Source: Octopus sinensis (lineage: Eukaryota). From it: a DNA stretch of 64,000 nt. The number at the start of each line of letters is the position of its first letter. Within the stretch, counting starts at the first letter, position 1. This document shows positions 1-13,744 of the stretch, in pieces. Below the pieces are notes generated by a model that worked only from the letters and a program-made list of their open reading frames with translations, was not told the DNA's origin and did not search any database. The translations under genes and the position numbers were made by a program. The stretch is from assembly GCF_006345805.1 (NCBI RefSeq), contig NC_043000.1, positions 161,200,001-161,264,000 of the forward strand, written 5' to 3'.

Positions 1-159
1 ATTTTATTTTATTTATTTATTTATTTATTTATTTTTTATTTTTATGTATTAGACATTCACTAGTACAATACAAAAAAAAAAAAAAAACCCAAATATATGG
101 CACAGAACTTCCAACCTGTTGTCTCTTGAGGTCTCTGGGTGAGACTTGGAGAGTCAAAC

Positions 160-182
160 ATAGAATAATAATAATAATAATA

Positions 183-237
<55 letters not shown>

Positions 238-238
238 T

Positions 239-269
<31 letters not shown>

Positions 270-316
270 CAACAACAACAATAATAATAATAATAATAAA
301 AATTATTATTATTATT

Positions 317-347
<31 letters not shown>

Positions 348-367
348 CATCATCATCATCATCATCA

Positions 368-406
<39 letters not shown>
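160..406. repeat. (AAT)n/(AAC)n followed by inverted (ATC)n/(ATT)n microsatellite
   Basis: Direct reading; ORF 154..603 is an artefact of this tract. Confidence 0.95.
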
Positions 407-407
<1 letters not shown>

Positions 408-960
408 GCACTAATACAGTACCAGACAGTGGCTCCCATGGCTTCTGATCATAACTGATTGGAAGTGTTATCATGTACATTGTTTTGTCTTGGTATAAAA
501 GATGGGCTACAGCAAATATTCTGCTCAATACCACAGATTTGCTTGTCAGTTGTTTGACCTTAACCAGTTGACCATGTTCTTTAGTGGCTGACGATATGTG
601 CATCTCTGATCACAAGCAAAAGTAGTTGGGGTGCATCATAGCCGTGTGTTGAAAGATATTTTTGGAAGTTTGGATAATTCACCTTTAGAAACATGGATGG
701 CTCGTTCAACATCCTTAAACAATCCTTATTCAGGGACTTTTTGAGGGAGTTGGGCTATTCGAACTAAAGAAAATTTTCACTGTGCTCTACATGCAAGGTC
801 ATGCGCTGTTATCTTTATATGAGATCATTATGTCACGCACATATCGTTGTGATGCATGAGACTGGTGTACCTTTGTCAGACGGGTAGTCATGATGGGTAT
901 ACTGGGCTTCGTATATTTTACCCCAATGTCACTTTGAGGGCATGCACTGCTCTTTCACAC
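407..960 (+). mobile_element. ~550-bp dispersed non-coding repeat with (AAT)n tail, unclassified retroposon
   Basis: 3' part is homologous to 36184-36514 (gcatctctgatcac...gggtagtcatgatgg...ggcatgcac...); both copies end in AAT repeats. Confidence 0.6.
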
Positions 961-990
961 AATAATAATAATAATAATAACAACAACAAT

Positions 991-1022
<32 letters not shown>

Positions 1023-1276
1023 CTAGCTGGACCTGTGAAAACGTCAGGGAAAATATAAAAAATGTAAGCATCTGTAAATTGTGCTGGTGCCATGAGAAAT
1101 GATTCTAATATTGTGACACTTACAGAATATAGAAAGAAGTGTAAAACCGATAACTATATAATCTAATCTAAATATATGTTACGCAAACGTTAACAGAATT
1201 ACTATTTAGCCTTAAAATACACCGTATATACTCAAAGAACCGTCTTGATTTAGTGGTACGGAACGTTCTTATGGTA

Positions 1277-1554
1277 CTCTTTTATTCTCCTACTTATTTC
1301 AGTCATTTGACGGTGGCCACGCTGGAGCACCGCCGTTTAGTCGGAGAAATCGACCCCTGGCCTTATTCCATTTAATCTTTGCGCTTGTTCTATCAAGCCC
1401 TTTTGCCGAACCGCTAATTTATGGGGACGCAAACACACCAGCATTGGTTTTTAAGCTATGGTGATGGGGTGACAAAGACAGACACCACAAATACACACAC
1501 ACATACTTACATACATACATACAAACATACATAGATACATATACATAAATATAT

Positions 1555-1622
<68 letters not shown>

Positions 1623-1700
1623 ATACACGACAGGCTTCTTTCTGTTTCCGTCTACCACTCAGAAGACTTTGGTCGCCCCGCGCCTATAGTGCAAGACACT
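1277..1700 (-). mobile_element. SINE family C, head-truncated, with internal (TA)n
   Basis: Homologous to 37720-38050 and 63180-63585 (gtgtcttctactatag...ggtagacggaaac...gaagcc...ttgccgaaccgctaa). Confidence 0.8.
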
Positions 1701-2203
1701 CTATAAAGTATAGAGTTGAATTTCGTGTACCCACCTGGTGGCAACTTTTGTCCCCCGCCCATTTTATAGAGGAGATTACCTATTTTTCCAGGCTTTTTTC
1801 ACAGCTATACTCCGTTCGAAATTTGCATTAGATTTTTAATGAAAAAGAAGGGAATGTTTGTAATTTGTAGAGAAAACGATGAACGCGCCTGAACAAAAAC
1901 ATACTATTTCTCCCACCAACTAAAAGACATGAAAAACTATCAAACAAGGCGAATAAGGACCGGGGATGAGGGAAAGAAGTCACAACCAATACTCGATCCT
2001 TCTAGTTCTCCCAGAATGAAAACTTAAACACCTGAAAAACTTTCCCTCTATTTATTACTAAATCGGTTTCCGTCTATTTCATTATTAAAAGTTAAAAGCT
2101 AGAAAAGATCGATCGTATTTCAGTCTAATTATCATTTTAAATGACTGAGGCTTTCTTTCCCTGTCCCTATCGCTTCACTCCTTTTCTCTGCGGTTAAGAT
2201 AGT

Positions 2204-2523
2204 GAAGGTGCGTGGCTCAGTGGTTAGGGGTATTCGGCCCACGATCATAAGATCATGCATACGATTCCTGGCGGTGCGCTGTTTTCTAGAGCAAGTTACT
2301 CTACTTCACCTTGCTGCAGTCCACTCAGTTAGAAAAAATGAGTTGTGGTGTAATTGAAAGGAGGTAGACTTGCCACATTCTGTGTGAGGCTGAATTTCCC
2401 TGGGAACTACGTTAATGGTATGCATGTCTGTGGAGTACTCAGTCAGTTGCGCGTTAATTTTACGAGCAGACTGTACCGTTGATCAGATAAGGAAGAATCT
2501 TGTCGTCGTAACCGACGGAGTGC
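2204..2523 (+). mobile_element. tRNA-derived SINE family B
   Basis: A-box-like gtggctcagtggtta, degenerate B box, cagtccactcag core, tail gtcgtcgtaaccgacggagtgc shared with 21595-21932 and 62145-62512. Confidence 0.8.
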
Positions 2524-2831
2524 TATTTTTTAGAAAGAGTGAAAGAAAAGGAAATGTTCCATATCGTAAGGCCAAAAAGTCATGAAAGCCATGACGAAAT
2601 AATTAATATTTTGTCGTGGAGGGACTTTGCCCTCGACTCATGCTCAGTTTGATAACAACAGCATGCGCATCGGTGTTTATCTGAGGGATTGACCGCCAGA
2701 TCTGTGAGACCCACAAATGCCTTTGTAGGACTGGATTAACATACATAGTGACTCTAACGACTAAAACGATTTTTCTGCCTCTATATAGGATCTATTTTCG
2801 TTTTATTCCAACCACTTTGAAATCTATCTTA

Positions 2832-2985
2832 CTCCAGTCCACTCAGCTGGCCAAAATTATTTGTAGCGGTAATTCAAAGGGGCCAGCAATCTCCCATTCT
2901 GTGGGAGGCTGAATCTCCCTCAGAACTACGTTAATGGTATGCATGTCTGTGGAGTATTCAGCTACTTGCGCGTTAATTTTATCCT
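2832..2985 (+). mobile_element. SINE family B internal fragment
   Basis: ctccagtccactcagctgg...gaactacgttaatggtatgcatgtctgtggagta matches 2320-2460. Confidence 0.65.
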
Positions 2986-3054
2986 CGTGGGGTAATGAAA
3001 AGTGAAAGTTACATCCAATATTTGCTGTTGTTATTTCTCTTTGATTTAACAATA

Positions 3055-3265
3055 TGCTTATGTATCTATGTATCTACTTTTCTTTCGATCTATACCTCTA
3101 CTTTTGATTCGATCTAAGTGTCTTCTTCGATGTATATATCTTTCGATGTATATATCAGTCTACTCTGAAAATACTATTAAACATTTAAAACCACAAAATG
3201 AATGCCACCTTCGTTTCGGTCACCACTCACTGTCTCCGTCACTCACTCCCTCACTCACTCACTCA

Positions 3266-3305
<40 letters not shown>

Positions 3306-3480
3306 CCTCAATCTTTCTGTCTCATTTCCCCTCCTTGCTTTTAATTCAATGATGTGTGCATCTATGTATGTACCTACTTTTCTTTTGATGTATGCATCAG
3401 TCTACTCTGAAAATACTGATAAACATTTAAAAACAAAAAGAGAAACACCACCTTCCTTTCAGTCACTACTCACTGTTACT
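3055..3480. repeat. Imperfect ~290-bp tandem duplication
   Basis: tcagtctactctgaaaatact...aaacatttaaaa...ccaccttc...tcact occurs near 3155 and near 3397. Confidence 0.7.
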
Positions 3481-3699
3481 CTCTTTCTCTCTCCTCTCCC
3501 GCTTTGCCTCTCATTTCAACTATACCTCCTCTACTTAACACCCTTTATTTCTCTTTTTCTTTGTACCTCTCCCTTCAGCCATTTTACCTCTTCAAACATT
3601 TTATCTTTGAAGTAAGTGTGACATACACCATAGATACGCACATTCGTTCGTAAAAGTTAAAAAGTTAATATATGAATATTATTGATTATAGTAATAATT

Positions 3700-4113
3700 T
3701 GTTCTACTATAGGCACAAGGCCTGACATTTGGGGGAGAGGGGTAGTCGATTACATCAAACTCCGTGATTCACTGGTATTTAATTTATCGACCCTGAAAGG
3801 ATGAGAGATAAAGTCGACCTCGGCGGATTTTAAACTCAGAACATATTTCGTCCAGTGTGCTAACGATTCTGTCAGCTCGCGTACTTAATGATAGTTTATC
3901 CTTTGTATTATATCCACAAAGCCTGAAATTTTGGGTGAGTGGGACAGCCGATTACATGGACCCCAGTATTAAACTAGTACTTAACTTCTCGACCCTGAAA
4001 GGATGAAAGCTAAAGTCGACCTCGGCAGAATTTGAATACGGAACGTAAAGACAGACGAAATGCCGCTGAGTATTTCTACCCGGCGTGCTAACGATTCTGC
4101 TAGCTTGTCGCCT
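3700..4113 (-). mobile_element. Two adjacent SINE family A copies (tRNA-like head; central domain resembling the Deu/Nin type)
   Basis: Both carry the reverse complement of gttagcacgcc...gagttcaaattccgccgaggtcgact...ctttcatcctttcggggtcga. Confidence 0.85.
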
Positions 4114-4125
4114 GAATAATAAATA

Positions 4126-4197
<72 letters not shown>

Positions 4198-4199
<2 letters not shown>

Positions 4200-4435
4200 C
4201 ATAGTAGATGCATTAGGCATGATAAAAAAATTCAGACAAATACATAACAAAACCTTACAAAGACATATAACATACAGAAAATTGCACTACTAGGCACTGC
4301 ACACATCCAACACAGAACACTTTCCATACAATAAACATCAGAGCATCACAACAAATCACAGCACATACCCAAGGCACACAGAGCTGCGGCTCGGTAGTGA
4401 AGTGAAAGCACGCTATAAAATAAACTACTAACTAC
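4198..4435 (+). mobile_element. 3' end of R4/Dong-like RLE non-LTR retrotransposon, 5'-truncated, between (TAA)n tracts
   Basis: Encodes decayed IIVxALGMIKK...IQKIALLGTAHI...TLSIQ plus 3' UTR; nearly the same sequence as 24562-24800 (minus strand). Confidence 0.85.
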
Positions 4436-4455
4436 TGAAGATTAAATAATAATAA

Positions 4456-4487
<32 letters not shown>

Positions 4488-4489
4488 AA

Positions 4490-4800
4490 TGAGAGAACGA
4501 AGAATAAGGAGAAGAAGAAAGAAGAATACGAAGAAGAAGGAGAAGAAGAAGAAGAAGAAGAAGAAGAAGAAGAAGAAAGAAGAAGAAGAAGGAGAAGAAG
4601 AAGAAAGAAGACGAAAAGAAGAGAGAAAAGAAGAAGAAAGAAGAAGAAAGAAGAAGGAGAAGAAGAAGAAGAAGACGAAGAGAAGAAAGAAGAAGAAGAA
4701 GAAGAAGAAGAGACTACGACCGAGAGAAAAATAAGAAGAAAGAAGAAGAAGAAGAGAAGAAAAAGAAGAGCAACAACAACAACATCAACAGCAACAAAAA
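4490..4800. repeat. (GAA)n purine-rich microsatellite
   Basis: Direct reading. Confidence 0.95.
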
Positions 4801-4861
4801 GAATAAGAATGCAGCCGTGGTATGAGGATAAATCACAGAGTGTAGCGGAGTCTGATATAAG

Positions 4862-5100
4862 CAAATTCCTCTGGGATTTACCGATCCAAACAGATTAGGT
4901 GCTTGACCATAACAGACCGGATCTAGCGGTGGTCGAAAAGATTCACCACATGTATTATATAGTTGATGTTGCGCGCCCCTTTAACCCACGAATAGTCATG
5001 AAGGAATGCGAAAACATAGATAAATACAACCCTCTTTAGTACGAAATAGAGTAGCTATGGAAACAGTATCAGACAGCATCGGGAGGAATATATAGGAAAT
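4862..5100 (+). mobile_element. RLE endonuclease fragment of a non-LTR retrotransposon (different subfamily)
   Basis: Decayed LWDLPIQTD..LDHNRPDLAVVEK...YIVDVARPF..RIVMKECENIDKY (PD..D..K nuclease motif). Confidence 0.7.
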
Positions 5101-5847
5101 TGGAATATAGTGCCCGGTAGAACTGTTACAAAAAATTGGCAAGACCAGAATAATCAGGAAATTATTAGATAGCTGAAAAGAATGATTGCATGGTACCGCA
5201 TGCTACAGGTAGCAAACCTGTTACGCATGCCGGACTCCAGAATTTCCAACAAATATTGTGATAAAAAGTAAGAATAATGATGATATACTATATATATATA
5301 TATAATTGTATTATTAGGGAGTATATCCAAACTTACAGGGAAAAATTAGATTTAGGATTAAATCAAATTTCACAGTATAAATATAAATTAAATTAGAGAT
5401 AAAACCACTATTAGGTAAATCAAACAGTGAATGGCATAAACCAAAACATAAAAATAAATATAATTAATATATAATAATTATATATATATATATATATGTG
5501 TATGTATGTATGTAATGTATGTATGTATATATGCAAGTAGCGGAGCAACTAAAAGAATGTAGCATTCAACATATTTTCTTGAGATATAATTATCCCATAA
5601 TAGATAGACGCAGCTCCACATTGCTCTAAGTTTCACGTGTGCAAATTCCATTCCAATATACAGATTTGAGAACTATTCAATCTTCGTGAATGTGGTGTAG
5701 TGTAAGGTAATATGATGCATGTCATAGTGGAGAAGTCATTTCCGTCGTCCAGGTTTTCCTGATAAATGGGGACAGTGAATGAGTAACTTCCCTGACCCTA
5801 ATATTGCTCTTCAATAAATATTTTCTGAAAGTAATTAACTGTTTCTT

Positions 5848-5921
<74 letters not shown>

Positions 5922-6229
5922 TGTGTGTGTGTATTTGTGTGTGTGTGTGTGTATCTGTGTTTGATCGTGCAATGAATCTGTTATCATTTGGTGTGAATGT
6001 CTCCATAAAACGTAGCTTTGAGAAGGAGGATCGTTTGCTGCATTTTATCAGAGTGGTGTGGCCTGTGAAATGTATGCCTACTTTTCTTTTCTATTATAGC
6101 GTGTCCTGTTGGAAACATTATAATCTAAGCACGTGTAACTAACTTCGATTTTATGTCTGTTAAAAAGGTTATGATAAATACGTGTTCTTCTGCTTAAATG
6201 GCCCGCTCGCTATTGCGAGGTTTATGACT

Positions 6230-6620
6230 ATAATTGCTAATAAGGGGATTATTCCACCTTCTTAGTATTATCCACCCTGGATTCTGTTATACAGTTCTAA
6301 TTACAGCACGCAACCTTACTTGGGAGGAAAATTGATATATAATCTGACACCAAAAACCAGCTACTTCGCCATGTGTTATACCAGTGATTATCATCACTGC
6401 GCATTCATTACCACAGACCACTGACTATTTATCGACGGTATAATATTTATCCGGAAGTACATATCTTCGAAGCAACTGGAGTCGCGACCTAAAGTAAACA
6501 ACGAAGACTCAAATATTCTCACCCAGGAACTACTTTAAAATTTCTTTTACATTCTCTCGTGTCGGACCCTGTACATATATTCAAAACTCTACGGAATCAG
6601 AAGCTGTATGGAGACCGCAG
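6230..6620 (+). mobile_element. Possible very old LINE (CR1/L2-like) C-terminal relic
   Basis: NLTWEEN motif resembling the LxWxxHI region downstream of CR1/L2 RT; many stops. Confidence 0.25.
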
Positions 6621-8286
6621 CCGCAAGAATTAAAGTAAAGTTCAAGCAACCCCCTATATATTATCAATGCTAGCTCTTTTTTTGTGTGTGTGTCAGATGT
6701 CAACTAATATTGACAAGAATTTCTACCACTTTCCACATTCTCTCTCCCTCAAAGTTTGTCGGGCAACAGAGCTGCTCCTAAGGAATACCTAATTATAAGA
6801 GCCTATAATGTAGCAGGCACTGCAGCGAATATTTTGTTTTACCGCACACTTGGTATTTATTAATGTTAGTATCTTTCTCACATACTTTTGCAACATCAAT
6901 GGTGAACCAGTGCATCCTTTTCTTTTCATCTCCGCTAATCACTCTTCGGTTATTTTTCTGAGTTCAATAACAGCTGTTTTGAACATCATACGTCTACATG
7001 CCAAATCTCAACTCCCAAACTGTAATGGGCGTAAATTCACTGCCATCCATGTGTGTCACACTCTTCATTAATTTAATCATAGTTTAGGCTTTTCTTTAAA
7101 TGTGGACGCTTCGTATTACCCACCTATGTGACTGTACAGTCAAATCATTTTGAATAATCAGATCAGTTTTTGTCAAGTTAGGCCATAGCAAGCGTTCATA
7201 AAACTTGTACTATAATACAATATGGTCTTAGCATATTAGGATTTAGATTACATCTACTGGCAAATTTCAGTCAACGGCACTGTTCAAACGTTTACTCTTG
7301 TTTTGTAGTGTGTGTGTGCGTGCGTGTGCGTGAGAGAGAGAGAGAGAGTGCTTGCGCTTCCACAAAATGGCGCTCTTTGCTTTTGATTCTTTTTGCGCTG
7401 ATACTACTGAGTCTTTTAGTATATTGGCAGGAATACTAAACAAAACTCGTTGTGCTGGCAGACATCATCTACAAGCAACACACACAAATACAAGCAAAAC
7501 TTGACTTGTAGGTGTGTTTATGTGTGTGAAACAGAGAGAGATGGTGAGAGAGAGAGAGAGGGAGGGAGAGAGAGGGGGAGGGAGAGAGATGGGGTGAGAC
7601 AGAATGCGAGAGTGTGTGTGTTTATATATCAACGAGTCAAAATATCCTATGATGACGACAATGAGAACGATGGTGATTGAAATGATGATGATGATGATGA
7701 TGAGGAGGAGGAGGAGGAGGAGGAGGAGGGTAGTGCAACGACGACGGCGAATGGTGTACAATGAAGATCACGACTACGACAGCGATGGAACGGCGGTGTT
7801 TGTGACAATATTATTGTAGACAGCAACGAATGCATTATTCACAATCACGATGATGATGATCAATCATACAGTGTTGTCTAGAATAATATTTTCACATATA
7901 TTATGTATACACATATATAAGTTTTGGCAAGGAGAATCGGTCTTTGACATACTTACACATAAATACATCATTCTCATTTAGATCTATCCTGAGTGAAATA
8001 ATAAAAACCTCGTCACTGTGTAACCAGTTTGATTTTAGCGAAAGACTCGTAAATCTCCAAGAAAAAAACATACCTAAATTACCAGCCACATACACCACAT
8101 TTTAGTTTGGCCAAGTCAGTTTCTTGTTATTCTCGGATTCACCAGTGGTTGCACCTGGTCTGGTCTGAAGACCTGGCATAGCTATTGGCGAAAGTGAGAG
8201 TAGAAAGAGACCGACTCGATTAAAATAAAATATCACGAGTCTCTGCTATGGTATTGAGTATCCGTTTTGCTGACTCTTAACCGGCA

Positions 8287-8395
<109 letters not shown>

Positions 8396-8412
8396 GTCTG
8401 TCTGTCTATCTG

Positions 8413-8447
<35 letters not shown>

Positions 8448-8452
8448 GTCTG

Positions 8453-8516
<64 letters not shown>

Positions 8517-8553
8517 TATAATATATATATATATATATGTATATATATAATAA

Positions 8554-8597
<44 letters not shown>

Positions 8598-8766
8598 TAT
8601 ATATATATAATATATATATCAATCTATCTATCTGTCTATCTATCTATTTACCAATCTATCTATCTATCTGTCACTCTGTCTCTCTCTCTATGTGTGTGTG
8701 TATAAATATATGTTCGTACGTATGTTCGTACGTACGTATGTGTGTATGTGTGTACGTATGCATGCA

Positions 8767-9572
8767 CTAGCTTTTAAGCAACTGACCCAGAATGGGAAGA
8801 TCTTCAAACAGATCTCTGTCTTGTTTTGGAGAATTTGTTGCAATTGCTTCCTCCAGAGTCATATCACAATGATAATCATATTCGTCGCAAAAAATCATGT
8901 AAAAAAATCGCGGAAAGCAATCGCAGTAATGAACACATAGGAATCAAAATTTCAGGATTCCAGGTCAGGATTTGGTCTGGAATGTTGTTCTTTTACACAC
9001 GGAGTTAGCCTTTATAGGTTAAAAAATTTGTTATCGTACATAAAAATTTGTCGCAAAAAGTCATGTAAAAAATCGCCGGAAGCAATCACAGTAATGAAAA
9101 CTTAGGAATCCAAAATTTCAGGATTGTAGGCCCGGATTCGACCCGGAATGTTTGTAATTTACACATAGTGTCAGCCTGATTTCAAAGGGGTATGTCGAGC
9201 TACGGGCCCAAGGAGTAAAGTTGAAAAAGTGTGACACACTGACACACTGGCATTCACATTTAATATATTATATTATATTATATTATATTATATTATTGTA
9301 TTATGGCGGCGAGGTGGCAGAATCGTTAGCACGCCGGGCGAAATGCTTACTGGCATTCTATCTGCCGTTAGGTTTTGAATTCAAATTCCGCCGAGGTTGA
9401 TTTTGCCTTTCATCCTTTCGGGGTCGACACAATTAGTGCCAGTCACGTACTGGGGTCAATGTAATGGGCTTAATCCCTTCCGCCAAAGTTTGAGGCCTTG
9501 TGCTTCCAGAAGAAAGGAATTATTAAAGCTGAAAAAGTGTGACACACTGACATTCGCATTTATTATATTAGA
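8767..9572 (-). mobile_element. Non-autonomous Helitron-like element with internal ~167-bp tandem duplication and nested SINE
   Basis: Minus strand: 5' TCTAATATAATAAATGCG at 9572; short hairpin CCCATTCTGGG followed by CTAG 3' end at 8767-8770; duplicated block 8883-9010 / 9050-9177. Confidence 0.55.
9304..9520 (+). mobile_element. SINE family A
   Basis: ggcggcgaggtggcagaatcgttagcacgccgggcgaaatgc...ttcaaattccgccgagg...catcctttcggggtcga. Confidence 0.9.
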
Positions 9573-10159
9573 TATGTTTTTTTTTGGGGGGGGCGACTTT
9601 ATATCAATTAAAGTGTATTTTATGTGTGTGTGTGTGTGTGTGTGTGTATTAAAGAAGGCAAAAATAAAACGAAAATGATAATGTTCAGTATCTTGGCGAC
9701 AGGAATTTCTGTCAAAGAGACATGGTTAAACAAAGTTGTATATCACCTCCCTCTCTCTCTCACATATCCACTCTTCCTCTCTCTTTTATTACTCCTAGTG
9801 CCAAAATCAACACTACTAGTTTTAATAAAACATCATCAATTTCTTAGACTCTCTTTCTCTGCGTCTATTTTCTTTCTTTCTCTTTCTCTCTCTCTCTCTT
9901 TTTGTCTTTGCCACCACCCTCATCGTTTCTATACCTACTATTACTCTCACCCCATCATGAAGAATAGTAGGATTATCATTGAATAGTGAGAAAGGAGGTC
10001 TAAGTGTGACACCACACTGATACACAAAAATTAGTTTACGCATTTATTATATTAGATGTATGCATATATATATATAAATATATATATACGCATACACACC
10101 ACACATATATATATATATACATACATACATACATAAATATATATATATATATATATATA

Positions 10160-10390
10160 TTTCTTTACTACCCACAAGGGGCTAAACACAGAGAGGATAA
10201 ACAAGGACAGACAAACGGATTAAGTCGATTACATCGATCCCAGTGCGTAACTGGTACTTAATTTATCGACCCCGAAAGGATGAAAGGCAAAGTCGATCTC
10301 GGCGGAATTTGAACCCAGAACGTAACGGCAGACGAAATACCGCAAAGCATTTCGCCCGGCGTGCTAACGTTTCTGCCAGCTCGCCGCCTT
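10160..10390 (-). mobile_element. SINE family A (subfamily with gtctgtccttgtttgtcc...agccccttgtgg tail), full length
   Basis: Reverse complement of aaggcggcgagctggcagaaacgttagcacgccgggcgaaatgc... Confidence 0.9.
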
Positions 10391-10519
10391 AATATATATA
10401 AATTCACGTATGTAAATTGTTTGAAAAATGCTTTAGTTCATTTAGTGAGATTGTGGAAAACTTAATCGTATCTTAATTTATTACGTTGAGAAACAGTGAC
10501 ATGGTATTACAACAGGGTA

Positions 10520-10715
10520 TAAGGTGGCAAGGTGGCACAGTTATAAAGCGCCAGTGTAAATGCTTATCATCATCCCAAATTCCGACGAGGTTGACTTTGC
10601 CTTACATACTTTCGGGATGAGTAAATAAAATACCTGTTAAATACCAGGGTCGATGTGATCTATTTAACTACTCCCAGAAATTACTGGCATTGCGCCAAAG
10701 TTTTAACTCAATATT
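10520..10715 (+). mobile_element. SINE family A, diverged
   Basis: aaggtggcaaggtggcacag...aaattccgacgaggttgactttgcc...ctttcggg. Confidence 0.7.
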
Positions 10716-12459
10716 GCAGCTGTATATGAAAATAGGTCACTATACATACAGACTGTGCCCTGAGACCACCTGGTGTCTTATTCGTTTTTGAATCACTTCA
10801 TATTTTTCTCTCAGGAATCACTTCTTGCAAATGAATAGCACGGGCTATGCCTCATCAAGACATGATTGCCGATATATGTGCAGGCATCGTTTTGGCATTG
10901 GGCACATGGAAATAATCAGCACACAATCTCTGTGTTCTACATCGACATCGAAGTAATAATCGGGACCCTTTTCGTGTCAACACTTCGGTCGCAATGTAAT
11001 GCCATTTCATCACCATTTGTGTTTTCCTGACGATATTCATTTCTATTATAATGTATTATATCGCTAATTATCAGTATAATCTATTGATGTTTCTTATGAT
11101 TACTCCATATATTTCCTAATTAAATACATCCCTAATCTAATTTCGTTATCCGGAATGACACTTCCAGTAACTGTTTCTATAACTATACATCCGATCTACC
11201 TCAGGTGAGATACACTGGGTCACATATAGTGCAGATGATGAACACTTTATCTGTAGAGAGAGGAGTTTTTTTTTACTCATCTCCTATAAATAGTTCAGCA
11301 GAATCAAGAGTGAGCGTAATATTCCATTCCGTCATAGCACTAACGAGAGGGTCTATTCCAAGATCGATTCCCGACACCTAAGAATTGGAACATTTTGGTC
11401 TCATTCCAAGCAAGAAAGTATACGTCCAGAAAAGCATTATCTTTCTTGATGTTCACATGAAAATCTTTCAAATATTACGGTCACTTCGATTGTAACCGGC
11501 CGAAAATTGACAGAGTCCTTGGAAGAATTGCAAGTGATCAGTGCAGTAAATCCTGGGGCAATAGATCTAAATTTAGTGATCTGTGTTTGTAAAGTATGTA
11601 ACATTGATTGAGCGAATCCAATCCAAAGTGATATGTGTCTTTAAAACGACCACTTAGTGCGGAGAGGAGCCATTTATCCATTCTCAAGTATTTATCCATT
11701 CTCAATCCTTTTCTCTCTCTCTCTCTTTCACGCTCACCCACACCAACATGTTTATTTGTGTGTGTGTGTGTGTATCTGTATGTGTACGTGTGATTCATGG
11801 ACACGCACACAAACTGTTCTTCGTAAGTGCTAAGAATTTCTGAAGAACCACAATCAAAAGGCTCTGTGTTGCTATTTTTCTGACCTTTATCACATAACTT
11901 GTTTTTGCTCTTGTGCGTTTACCTAATGTTGCCTTTGTTATTCAAGTTGATTTTTTACAGACTGATGTTATTTCTGAAGCGTTTTACTGTTGACGCTTAC
12001 TTTTTGCGATTTCGGAATTAACTTTCGTTCTTGCTTTGGTCTTAATGGTTTGGCGTGATCTTCGATTTCGCATCAAATATATCTTGTCTTCAGTACCGAG
12101 GGACCATTGCTGTGTTTTACCTTTCTCCTCATCTATACCACAAGTATTTGTTCGTACTTGTCCTTGGCGTTTTAAAAAGTTTAAGATGAAGGAAAGAACT
12201 CGGAAACGGGTAAGGGAACCTATATGTATTCATATATCTGATACTTGCTATAGTTACATTTCATTTTTATTCGTTTTCGTAAAGTAGGATCCTTGTTCCA
12301 CGTACTTTTTTCAGTCACTTTTCACACTCTGCTTCGAGTCGTTTATTCCCTTGTTGATTTTATCGTGGCTTTCACAATTATGATTCAAGCTGCTACTGTT
12401 TCTATCTTACTGGTACGGGTGCCAGTTTGGATCACGCTTTCTTTTTCCTTCATAATAAA

Positions 12460-12460
12460 T

Positions 12461-12522
<62 letters not shown>

Positions 12523-12676
12523 TGATGATGATAATAATAATAATAATAATAATATGATGATGATGATGATAATAATAATAATAATAATAATAATGATGAT
12601 GATAATAATAATAATAATAATAATGATATGATGATGATAATAATAATAATAATAATACTACTAATAATAATAATGA

Positions 12677-12719
<43 letters not shown>

Positions 12720-12734
12720 AATATGATGATGATG

Positions 12735-12767
<33 letters not shown>

Positions 12768-12775
12768 TGATGATG

Positions 12776-12847
<72 letters not shown>

Positions 12848-12861
12848 TGATGATGATGATG

Positions 12862-12900
<39 letters not shown>

Positions 12901-13010
12901 TAATAATAATAATGAGGAGGATGATGATGATGATGATGATGAAGTTAATAATAATAATAATAATAATAACAATAATAACAATTTCAATAATAATAAAGAT
13001 AATAATATGA
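12460..13010. repeat. Long compound (AAT)n/(GAT)n microsatellite
   Basis: Direct reading. Confidence 0.95.
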
Positions 13011-13625
13011 AATTGTTAATAAATATGAAAAACAATATTTGTCCATGAAAATGTGTGTGAATGTGCGAGTGTGTGCGTATGACTTCGTGTATGATTGTCT
13101 ATATGCGTGCTTGTACGTCACAAACGTCACAAACGTAATACAGGAAATGAAAATTAAGACAGCTACATCCTTCGACACGACCTAAATGACATGTATTACA
13201 GAGCAACTAGCAGTTACATGTCATTGAACTCTTCAAAATTTCCCCTGCCATAAATGACAACACAATCCAAAACACCGAGTCGGACAATCACCTTTGACTT
13301 GGCTCGCAGCCACATCCAAAACTTGTCAGCTACATGCCGAGATCTCCAATACTGATTTGCTATTTAGCACCATATGAATCATGATCGAACAGATATACGA
13401 TTGTCCCGTCTTTTTAGTTAATATAAGATTATATAATTTTAAGTGGGTGTTCCTTATTTAAGATCATATATCGTGATTTGAGGAAGCCTTGGCTACTGCT
13501 TTCACATGCTGGCTGGATGACAGCGTAACAATTTTACTCGTTAACTCATGTAAGCAGTGTTGTCAACCTTGGAATCACACACACACACACACGCGCACAC
13601 ACACACACACACCCACACACACACA

Positions 13626-13744
<119 letters not shown>

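Noticed and set aside
11300-11385. Minus-strand VSGIDLGIDPLVSAM resembling a RuvC-I (TnpB/Fanzor) or cadherin motif
   Set aside because: About 35 codons between stops, with no further RuvC, zinc-finger or cadherin motifs in adjacent frames.
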